A DNA stretch of 23,486 nt from Candidatus Krumholzibacteriia bacterium (GTDB lineage: Bacteria > Krumholzibacteriota > Krumholzibacteriia > LZORAL124-64-63), in assembly GCA_046484865.1 (NCBI GenBank), contig JAWOID010000078.1:1-23486 (forward strand), in the 5' to 3' direction. The notes under the pieces were generated by a model, which was not told the origin of the DNA, made no database searches, and saw only the letters and a program-made list of their open reading frames with translations. The position numbers were made by a program, and so were the translations under genes. Of this stretch, positions 1 through 7,357 are shown piece after piece. Numbering within the stretch: the stretch's first letter is position 1; every line of letters starts with the position of its first letter.

Positions 1-14
1 TGGCGCAGGAACAT
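1..14 (-). CDS. First codons (MFLR...) of a putative transposase, 5' fragment only
   Basis: AAGGAGG at 27..21, 6 nt before ATG at 14..12. Only four full codons are visible, so the product is inferred. Confidence 0.45.
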
Positions 15-44
15 GGCCGGCCTCCTTGCTCACGTCCACTACGG

Positions 45-72
45 AGACTAGCCGATAGTCCATACACGTCAA
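45..72 (-). promoter_or_regulatory. Putative sigma70-type promoter inside the IS end
   Basis: TTGACG (72..67), 16 nt spacer, TAGTCT (50..45), upstream of the RBS and ATG. Confidence 0.4.
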
Positions 73-145
73 GATCTATTTTCATGTGGCGTGGCACTAC
101 ATTTCTAAGGTCCGCCGCTGCCAGAGGGACGCAAGTGCAATCATA

Positions 146-718
146 TCAACGAAAGCGTCCGGCCGGGCCCCGCCAAACTGTCGAAGATGGGCCAAAGCCG
201 AGGTCGGCCAGGGCATCCTCGATGACGGTGCCGCTGGTGCCGCTGTCGGGGATGTTGTAGTTCACGGTGGCCGTGTAATAGAAGTAGGCGTCGGACCCTT
301 GGTGGTCGAAGCTGAGATTCGCCTGGGGCGGCACGTTGGCGATGTAGTGGTCCTTGGCCACGCGAGCCTTGGCGCCGGCCTCGCCACGCTCGGTCGACGT
401 CCAGGTGCCTCCGGTATGGTTGATGAAGACGTGGATGAGCAGGGTGCTGCCGCGCGCGTAGTGCGCGGTATCGTTGTCGTCGTTGGCCTTGTCGAACTGC
501 TTGGTCTGCGGGCCGATGAGGCTGTCCACGTACCGGGCGGTCTCGTTGTCCTCCCAGCCCGGGTCGTCAGGCAGCGGAGCCAGCCGCGACATCAGCCGGG
601 CCTGCTCGAGCTGCTCGAGGGTGAAACGTCCCGTCCGGGGCTCGGGATACTCCGCAGCGCCGGCGGCGCTCGCGGCGGCGAGGGCGGTCACGACCGCCAG
701 CGTCATGAGCCCGCGCAT
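146..718 (-). pseudogene. Secreted protein, probably truncated by the IS at ~191
   Basis: ATG overlaps the upstream stop (TAATG at 720..716). Signal peptide MRGLMTLAVVTALAAASAAGA is followed by globular Tyr/Asn/Thr-rich sequence up to DALADLGFG, then the frame reads into the low-GC segment (PSSTVWRGPAGRFR*) and stops at 146. Confidence 0.6.
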
Positions 719-1362
719 TACCGGCCCTCCTTCTGCTGGCCGCCATCCGCCTGTTCCCGCGTGGGCTCGGGCTCGGCCGGAACCGCCTCGGCCTTCGCCG
801 GCGCTCCCCGCAGATCGCCCGCGACCTTGGCCTGCTCGTGGGCGTTCAGCCCGGGCAGGCCGACCTGCTGGACCGGCGGCGGCACCTCGCCGGCGCCGGA
901 GCCGTCGGCCCCCGGCAGTACCTGCGGCTGCAGGGCGGCCAGATGCTCCCGCTTGCGGCGCTCGATCTCCGCCGCGGAGACGTTCGGCACCTCCGGCGGG
1001 CCGGCGTGGAGGGTGCCGGCATCGCGCGCCGCGGCGACGGCGGCGCGCGCCGAGGCGAGCTTCTCCTGCTCCGCCCGGTTCGGCTGAACGCCGGTCCGGC
1101 CCTCGCCGGCATCGGTGTAGAACGAGCCGCGGTCCTGCCCGTCGGCGAGCGGCGCTTCGCGCAGCACCAGCGCTGCGCCGCCGCCCGAGCGCTTGTGCTC
1201 GTCGGCGAGCCGCGCCTCCACCTGAGGTGCGTTCTCCTCGGTGCGGCCCGGACCGCCCCGCTGCGGCTCGTCGCCGGCCCAGGACGGCGGCGTCGCCAGG
1301 ACCACTGTCCCGGCCAGGACCAGGAGCGGTCCGAGGAACTGGCGAGTCTTCCATGTTTTCAT
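718..1362 (-). CDS. Hypothetical secreted protein, low complexity (A/E/P/G-rich), 214 aa
   Basis: GGAGG RBS before ATG at 1362. Signal peptide MKTWKTRQFLGPLLVLAGTVVLATPPSWA. Translationally coupled to the next gene. Confidence 0.75.
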   Translation of the reverse strand: MKTWKTRQFLGPLLVLAGTVVLATPPSWAGDEPQRGGPGRTEENAPQVEARLADEHKRSGGGAALVLREAPLADGQDRGSFYTDAGEGRTGVQPNRAEQEKLASARAAVAAARDAGTLHAGPPEVPNVSAAEIERRKREHLAALQPQVLPGADGSGAGEVPPPVQQVGLPGLNAHEQAKVAGDLRGAPAKAEAVPAEPEPTREQADGGQQKEGR

Positions 1363-1514
1363 GAGAACCTCCCGGAACACGACCAGAACAGACGAGCCTC
1401 AGCACGGGAAAAGAACCGACCGTGGCTTGCCAGCGCTTGCGAATATTCGTGATGCCGCAACGCGGTGAAGGCACCGCCGCTTTGCCGCGTCGATCCCCCA
1501 TGGATCGAGTAGGC

Positions 1515-1543
1515 ATTAGATGAATTTATCCGGACTTCGTCAA
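1515..1543 (-). promoter_or_regulatory. Putative sigma70 promoter for the secreted-protein operon
   Basis: TTGACG (1543..1538), 17 nt spacer, TCTAAT (1520..1515), in an AT-enriched patch of the divergent intergenic region. Confidence 0.5.
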
Positions 1544-1739
1544 TCCTGATCTTCGCCCGGCGCCTCGCTGCCCTTCGCACCGAACCGAACCCCGGTCGAC
1601 CATCGCTCAGGGCGCCACCAGCGAGCGGCGAACCCGTGCTTTGTCGGGCGCGCGCTCCGCATTACCTTGGCGAATGATGACCGTCGTCGTGTCCGCCTTC
1701 TTTTCCAGCCTCCGCGGCACCGCCGCGAACGGAGACGCC

Positions 1740-2267
1740 ATGACCCCAGCCAGCGCCGAGCAACTCGCCGGCCGGTACGAGCGCATCTCGGAGCAGCTCG
1801 CCGGAATCTTCGCCGGAACGGAACACCCGGTGGCCCGCATGGCCACCGCCGCCGCCGTCCTGCACCACAAGCTCGACCACTTCTTCTGGACGGGTTGGTA
1901 CCTGCTGCACGAGGGGCAACTGGTGGTCGGCCCCTACCAGGGACCCGTGGCCTGCCCGGTGCTGGCGGGACCCGAGGGCGTCTGCTGGGCGGGGATCATG
2001 GGCCGGCGCACGCTGATCGTACCCGACGTGGAGCAGTTCCCGGGCCACGTCGCCTGCGACGGCCGATCGCGCAGCGAGATCGTGGTACCGCTGCGCGACC
2101 CCGACGGCATGGTCATCGGCGTGCTCGACGTGGACAGCCAGCAGCCCGACGCGTTCGGACCGGAGGATCAAGTCGGGCTCGAGCGCATCGTGGAGATGAT
2201 CTTCCGCGCCTTCGAGGCCGCGCCCGCTCACGACGAGGACGCGTCCGGGCCGGTGGAGCCGGCGTGA
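1740..2267 (+). CDS. msrC: GAF-domain free methionine-(R)-sulfoxide reductase (fRMsr/MsrC/YebR-like)
   Basis: Motifs FFWTGWY, GPYQGPVAC, GVCW, HVACDGRSRSEIVVP and GVLDVDS, with the three family cysteines present. GGAG RBS before ATG 1740. Confidence 0.85.
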   Translation: MTPASAEQLAGRYERISEQLAGIFAGTEHPVARMATAAAVLHHKLDHFFWTGWYLLHEGQLVVGPYQGPVACPVLAGPEGVCWAGIMGRRTLIVPDVEQFPGHVACDGRSRSEIVVPLRDPDGMVIGVLDVDSQQPDAFGPEDQVGLERIVEMIFRAFEAAPAHDEDASGPVEPA

Positions 2268-2749
2268 CCGGGAGTGCGGTGACCGAGGGCGCCGTGGTGG
2301 CCCTCTGCATCAGCGACGCGAAAGGGACCGTCAAGCACCCGGTACCTGAGGCCAGTCTGCGCGCCGAGCATGGTATCGTGGGTGACGCCCACGCGAGCTC
2401 CTGGCCCCGTCAGGTGTCGCTGCTCGCTGCGGAGAGCATAGAACGCATGCGGCGGGTGCTGCCCGATCTCGCCCATGGCGCCTTCGCCGAGAACGTGGTC
2501 ACCGCCGGCGTCGATCTGGCGAGGCTCGCCGTCGGCGACCGCCTGCGTCTGGGCGCGGAGGTCGTGCTGGAGGTCACCCAGATCGGCAAGGAGTGTCATC
2601 ACGGGTGTGCCATCCGGCAGCAGGTGGGCGACTGCATCATGCCCCGAGAGGGGATCTTCTGCCGCGTACGCATGGGCGGACGACTGCAGGTCGGCGACCC
2701 GATCCGGGTGGAGACGGCTGGCTCCGCCGCCAGCCAGGGGAAGGGCTGA
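2264..2749 (+). CDS. MOSC-domain protein
   Basis: GIVGDAHA..RQVSLL, GAFAEN and LEVTQIGKECH..C..CIMPREGIF motifs. GTGA overlap with the upstream stop; alternative GTG start at 2279. Confidence 0.88.
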   Translation: MTGSAVTEGAVVALCISDAKGTVKHPVPEASLRAEHGIVGDAHASSWPRQVSLLAAESIERMRRVLPDLAHGAFAENVVTAGVDLARLAVGDRLRLGAEVVLEVTQIGKECHHGCAIRQQVGDCIMPREGIFCRVRMGGRLQVGDPIRVETAGSAASQGKG

Positions 2750-2754
2750 GGAAC

Positions 2755-3510
2755 ATGTCGCCACTGCCGCTGCCGGACTGGTTCTTCGACCTCTTCGAGG
2801 GTCTGCCCCAGCAAGGGCCCGGCGACGACGAGTCGAGCCGGCGGGCGCTCCGCGCCATTCCCGGGCTGCCGGCGCGACCGCGCATCCTCGACGTGGGCAG
2901 CGGCCCGGGACGCCAGACCTTCGTGCTGGCGCGCAGCACAAGCGGTCTGGTGACCGCCGTGGACAGTCACGTTCCCTTCCTGCTCGAACTCCGTTCCCGC
3001 TCGGCGCGCCGCCGCGGCGCCCCGCGCATCCGGCTGGTGGCGGGCGACATGGCGAACCTCCCGTTTCCCGCCGGCAGCTTCGACCTGATCTGGTCGGAAG
3101 GGTCCATCTACCTCATGGGCCTCGAGGAGGGGCTGCGCGCCTGGCGTCCGCTCCTGCGCCGCGGCGGCCATGCGGCCGTGTCCGAGCTGACCTGGCTCAC
3201 CGACCAGCGGCCCGCGGACGCCGTCGAGTTCTGGAACGCGGAATACCCCGGAATGGCGGACGTCCGGGAGAATCTCCGCCGCGCCCGTGCGGCGGGATAC
3301 GTGGTCGTGGACCACTTCCTGCTGCCGCCGCGCAGCTGGTGGCACGGCTTCTATCAGCCGCTGCAGGAGCGCATCCACGAGCGCCGCCGCCGCTGGCGCG
3401 ACATGCCCGATGCACAGGCGCTGCTGCGCGCCGTGGAGCAGGAGATCGACCTGCTGCGCACCCACCCCCACGCCTACGGCTACATGTTCTACGTTCTGCG
3501 CCGGAAATGA
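2755..3510 (+). CDS. Class I SAM-dependent methyltransferase
   Basis: Motif I ILDVGSGPG, plus GDMANLPFPAGSFDLIWSEGSIY and C-terminal YGYMFYVLR. Starts 5 nt after the MOSC stop. Confidence 0.9.
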   Translation: MSPLPLPDWFFDLFEGLPQQGPGDDESSRRALRAIPGLPARPRILDVGSGPGRQTFVLARSTSGLVTAVDSHVPFLLELRSRSARRRGAPRIRLVAGDMANLPFPAGSFDLIWSEGSIYLMGLEEGLRAWRPLLRRGGHAAVSELTWLTDQRPADAVEFWNAEYPGMADVRENLRRARAAGYVVVDHFLLPPRSWWHGFYQPLQERIHERRRRWRDMPDAQALLRAVEQEIDLLRTHPHAYGYMFYVLRRK

Positions 3511-3529
3511 CGCGGCGGGCGCGCCGCCA

Positions 3530-5440
3530 CTAGCGAAGGTACGTGTACTCGTCGAAAGCCGACTCGTATGTGCGCAGCACGGCCGCCGACTCCCTGGCGG
3601 TGATGCGGTTCTCGGCCACCGCGCGCTCCAGTTCGTTCCGCCATCTCTCCACCAGGGCCCGCTTGTCGTACTGCACGTAGTTGAGCACCTGCTTGATGGC
3701 GTCGCCGCGCACGACGTTGCTGAACTCCACGCGACCGTCGTCGGCCACCTCCACGTGCACTGCATTGGTGTCGCCGAAGAGGTTGTGCAGGTCGCCGAGG
3801 ATCTCCTGGTAGGCGCCCACCAGGAAGGCGGCGAAGTAATACCGTTCGCCCTCGCGCAGGTTGTGCGCGGGCAGGTAGCGCTTGACGTCCCGCAGGTCGG
3901 CGAAGCGGTCGATCTTGCCGTCCGAGTCGCAGGTGATGTCGCCGAGCACCACGCGACGGGTGGGTTCCTCCTTCAGCCGGGCGATCGGCATGATGGGGAA
4001 GATCTGGTCCAGCGCCCAGCTGTCGGGCAGCGACTGGAAGATGGAGAGATTGATGAAGTAGGTCTCCGTGAGCATGGCGGGCAGCCGCTGCAGATCCTCG
4101 GGCACGTAGTGCAGCTTGGCGGCCGCGCTGCTGATGGCGTTCAGCAGCGCCCAGTAGCACCGGTCGCCCAGGGCGCGTTCCTCGATCGAGATCAGACCGA
4201 GCCCGAACTGCTGCAGGATGTCCTGCCGCTGCTCGATGGCATCGTGCAGGGTCTCCTGGCAGTTCTTGGGCGTGAGCTCGATCAGCAGCTGCGCCATGTT
4301 CTGGATGGCCGGCGACTCGGTACGCTCGAGCACGTCCTGCGGGTCGCAGGGAGTCGAGAAGGTGTTGGCGATGTCCAGCACCTCGAACACGAGCACGGAA
4401 TGGTAGGCCACGGTGGCGCGACCGCACTCGGTGACGATCACCGGGTGCGGCATCTCGGCCCGGTCGCAGGCCTGCTGGATGATCCACACCACGTCGCGGG
4501 CATACTCCTCCACGGTGTAGTTCATGGACGACTCGAAGGCGGTCTTCGAGCCGTCGTAGTCCACGGCCAGCCCTCCGCCCACGTCCATGAACTGCATCTC
4601 GGGGCAGTGCCTGCGCAGTTGCACGTACACCTGCGATGCCTCGCGCAGCGCCACCTTGAGCGAGGAGATGTTCGTGAGCTGGCTGCCGATGTGGAAGTGC
4701 AGCAGCTTCACGCAGCCGAGGGCCTCGCGCTGCCGGAGCTGCTCGACGGCGGCGACCAGTTCCGGCACGTTCAGGCCGAACTTGGCGCGCTCGCCGCCGC
4801 TGCGCTCCCAGCGGCCGGCCCCCTTCCCCGCCAGGCGCAGGCGGAAACCGATCTCCGGCTGCACCTTCAGCTCGGCCGCCACATCCAGCACCAGGTCGAT
4901 CTCGGACGGCTTCTCGATGACGATGATCGGCCGGCGACCGATGCGCTGAGCCATCAGCGCGAGCTCCACGTACCGCCGATCCTTGTAGCCGTTGCAGATC
5001 AGGAGGGCGCCGGGGTTGTCGAGCGTCGCGAGCACCGCCACCAGCTCGGGTTTGCTCCCCACCTCCAGACCCATCGAATAGGGCCGACCGGCGTCGCTGA
5101 TGACGGCCACCACCTGCCGCTGCTGATTCACCTTGATGGGGTAAACGGGACGGTAGCTGCCGCCGTACTCGTACTCCGACATCGCCGCCGCGAATGCCTC
5201 GCAGATGGCCCGCACCCGGTGGCGCAGGATGCCGTTGAACCGGAACAGGACCGGCAGCTTGATGTCTCGCTGGCGGACCGAATCCACCAGCTCGTTCAGG
5301 TCCACCTCGGTGGTATCCGGCCGGTTCGTGAACACCGCCACGTGTCCGCGCGCGTTGATCTTGAAGTAGCCCGCGCCCCAGTGGTCGAGGCCGTAGAGCT
5401 GCGTGCTCTTGGCGATGTTCCAGGGTTCCATCTCGGTCAT
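3530..5440 (-). CDS. speA: Biosynthetic arginine decarboxylase
   Basis: WGAGYF, PLP lysine motif YPIKVNQ, GLEVGSKPEL, CNGYKD, HFHIGSQ, DVGGGL, FQSLPDSW, TCDSDG and GAYQEILGDLHNLFGD. GGAG RBS before ATG 5440. Confidence 0.96.
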   Translation of the reverse strand: MTEMEPWNIAKSTQLYGLDHWGAGYFKINARGHVAVFTNRPDTTEVDLNELVDSVRQRDIKLPVLFRFNGILRHRVRAICEAFAAAMSEYEYGGSYRPVYPIKVNQQRQVVAVISDAGRPYSMGLEVGSKPELVAVLATLDNPGALLICNGYKDRRYVELALMAQRIGRRPIIVIEKPSEIDLVLDVAAELKVQPEIGFRLRLAGKGAGRWERSGGERAKFGLNVPELVAAVEQLRQREALGCVKLLHFHIGSQLTNISSLKVALREASQVYVQLRRHCPEMQFMDVGGGLAVDYDGSKTAFESSMNYTVEEYARDVVWIIQQACDRAEMPHPVIVTECGRATVAYHSVLVFEVLDIANTFSTPCDPQDVLERTESPAIQNMAQLLIELTPKNCQETLHDAIEQRQDILQQFGLGLISIEERALGDRCYWALLNAISSAAAKLHYVPEDLQRLPAMLTETYFINLSIFQSLPDSWALDQIFPIMPIARLKEEPTRRVVLGDITCDSDGKIDRFADLRDVKRYLPAHNLREGERYYFAAFLVGAYQEILGDLHNLFGDTNAVHVEVADDGRVEFSNVVRGDAIKQVLNYVQYDKRALVERWRNELERAVAENRITARESAAVLRTYESAFDEYTYLR

Positions 5441-5823
5441 GGTGCTCCGCATCGGCTTCGGGGACCGTGGTGGGGCTCGCTCGGGACGGGTCGCCCGCGA
5501 GATTCGCGCTGGTTTCGCGCGACATAGTACAACCGGGGACCGCCCCGGGCCAGAATTCGGGTGGAGCTCACGACCGGAGCCGGGCCCGACCGGCGGCGGC
5601 GGCGGACCGGACGCGGCGGTGCGCGGCCCGCCGTCTCGCCGCCGTCGCCGGTCGCGCGCCTCGCGAGACCCTGCCGGACGCCGGGCGCGGAGCGCCGGCC
5701 GACCGCGGCGCACCTCGCGGCAGGGTTGGGCGAAAGGGGTGCCCCACCGGACAGGTCGCGGGGCGCACCTCAAGGACGCCCGTGCCCGGCCGATTCCCGT
5801 GACGTCGTCGAGGAGGGGGTCGC

Positions 5824-7236
5824 ATGTCCCTGCGCTCGCAGGTGGAGCGAGAGATCGCGCGCATGGCCGACCTGCCGGTGGTCTCGCGCATCCTCGTGCA
5901 TCTGAACCGGGTCGCCGAGGACGAGCGGACCAGCGCGCAGGACCTCAGCCAGGTCATCCTGCGCGACCAGGCGCTGACGGTCCGCATCCTGCGGGCCGTG
6001 AACTCCTCCTACTATCGCCGACGCGGACAGCCCGCCGTGACCACCATCTCCGCCGCCGTCGTGATCCTGGGCTTCAACGGCGTGCGTCGTCTGGCGCTCG
6101 GGATGGCCATGTTCGATCAGCTGCGCGAGCGCGGCCAGCACGCGCTGGGCCGGCGTCTGGGCGGGCACTCGCTGCTCACGGCGGTCGCGGCTCGCTTCCT
6201 CGCGGCGAGGAGCGGCTACGACCCCGCCGAGGAGGCTTTCGTGGCCGGCCTCATCAACGACATGGGCAGGCTGGTGCTGTTGAGCTGCGACGGCGAGGGC
6301 TATGCCGGGTTGCTGGCCGACGACCCGGCTCCGGAGGTGCTGCGCCGGCGCGAGCGCCGCCGGTACGGTCTGACCAGCGGCCAGGCCGGTCGACTGCTGG
6401 CCCGTCGCTGGGATCTGCCACCCACCCTCTACGACTTGCTCGGCGACCCTCAGGATCGCGGCGAGAAGGCCGCCGCCTCTCCCCTGGGAACGCTGGTGGG
6501 AGCTGCTCGCGAGGTCGCCCGGGTGCTGGCGAGCGACCCGTCGGGCAAGGCTCTGGAGCACCTGCTGGCCGCGGACGAGACAGTCGCGGGCGTGCCCTCC
6601 GGCCTGCTGGCCGGTCTGCTGGACGCGGTGGCGGGAGACTACGCCGACCTGGCGCAGGACCTCGGCGTGGATGACGCGCTGGCCGCGCCGCCGCCGGAAT
6701 GGCCCGCGTACGGCCGCTCCGCCGGCGACGGCGTGGATCGAGTCCTCGTGCTCGACCGCCTGGGCGACGTCCAGGCGGCGCTGCTGGCACGGCGGCCGGA
6801 CACCGCTCCGGCGGCGCTCGCGCTCGACGCGCTGCACGCGGCCCTGGGCATTCCCCGCGTGCTGCTGTGGGTGGTGGATCCCGGCGGACGCCGGCTCGTG
6901 GCGACCGGCGGCCGCGGCTGGCGGGAGGACCCCGCCGCCGCGCTCGAGCCCATTCCGCTGAGCGAGAGGGCCGGGCTGGTGGCGCGCTGTGCGCTGGAAC
7001 GTCGCGAGTTGCGGATGCCCGACCTCGATGCCCCCGACCTCCCGCCGAGCGACCGCGAGCGGCTGCTGACCCTCCGCTCCGGACCGGTGGCGCTGCTGCC
7101 GCTGGTGGACCGCGACGTTCCGCTCGGCGTGGTCTGGCTGGACGCGGGTCGTTCCGTAGCGTCGCCGAGTCCGGAGGTGATCGCCACCGCCCGGCTGTTC
7201 GCCCAGCTGCTCACGCTGGCACTGGTTCGTCCCTGA
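5824..7236 (+). CDS. HDOD-domain protein with C-terminal GAF-like domain
   Basis: LP..., DQALTVRILRAVNSSYY, TISAAVVILG, HSLLTA, EEAFVAGLINDMG and WDLP (HDOD). C-terminal ALLPLVDRDVPLGVVWLD (GAF-like). AGGAGG RBS. Confidence 0.85.
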   Translation: MSLRSQVEREIARMADLPVVSRILVHLNRVAEDERTSAQDLSQVILRDQALTVRILRAVNSSYYRRRGQPAVTTISAAVVILGFNGVRRLALGMAMFDQLRERGQHALGRRLGGHSLLTAVAARFLAARSGYDPAEEAFVAGLINDMGRLVLLSCDGEGYAGLLADDPAPEVLRRRERRRYGLTSGQAGRLLARRWDLPPTLYDLLGDPQDRGEKAAASPLGTLVGAAREVARVLASDPSGKALEHLLAADETVAGVPSGLLAGLLDAVAGDYADLAQDLGVDDALAAPPPEWPAYGRSAGDGVDRVLVLDRLGDVQAALLARRPDTAPAALALDALHAALGIPRVLLWVVDPGGRRLVATGGRGWREDPAAALEPIPLSERAGLVARCALERRELRMPDLDAPDLPPSDRERLLTLRSGPVALLPLVDRDVPLGVVWLDAGRSVASPSPEVIATARLFAQLLTLALVRP

Positions 7237-7299
7237 CATCCCTCCGGAACCGATTTTGCGGGTATGACCCAGCCCGACCTGTCCCCGATACGGCGACCA

Positions 7300-7308
7300 T
7301 GCTAACAT
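7300..7308 (+). promoter_or_regulatory. Candidate extended -10 element
   Basis: TGcTAACAT about 50 nt upstream of the 7358 start; similar TGnTAnnnT motifs occur at other gene starts in the window. Confidence 0.3.
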
Positions 7309-7357
7309 CCGCGCCGTTCACATCGCCCCGTACCGAGATCGGGAGAATCGACAGGCC

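Larger units (their letters stand above)
1..191 (-). mobile_element. Probable left end of an insertion sequence (IS1634-like), continuing off the window
   Basis: Abrupt drop in GC below ~191. The minus strand starts CCCATCTTCGACAGTT, contains ATGTAGTGCC and a TTGACG-N16-TAGTCT promoter, then AAGGAGG RBS + ATG TTC CTG CGC (MFLR). The end motif and MFLR start resemble IS1634-family elements as I recall them. The neighbouring gene loses its coding character at this point. Confidence 0.62.

Noticed and set aside
1363..1510. c-di-GMP riboswitch suggested by GGCAAA in the leader
   Set aside because: The GAAA tetraloop stem and downstream GACGCAAA-type elements were not found.
3512..3527. Hairpin GCGGCG-ggcg-CGCCGC between convergent stops as a terminator
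   Set aside because: Only a 6-bp stem with no U-tract; likely by chance in GC-rich DNA.
3287..5527. 746-aa + strand ORF
   Set aside because: Antisense shadow of speA.
5441..5823. Hidden gene or ncRNA in the speA-HDOD intergenic region
   Set aside because: Extremely GC-rich with only R/P/A-rich frames, no RBS-linked ORF and no recognisable RNA motif.
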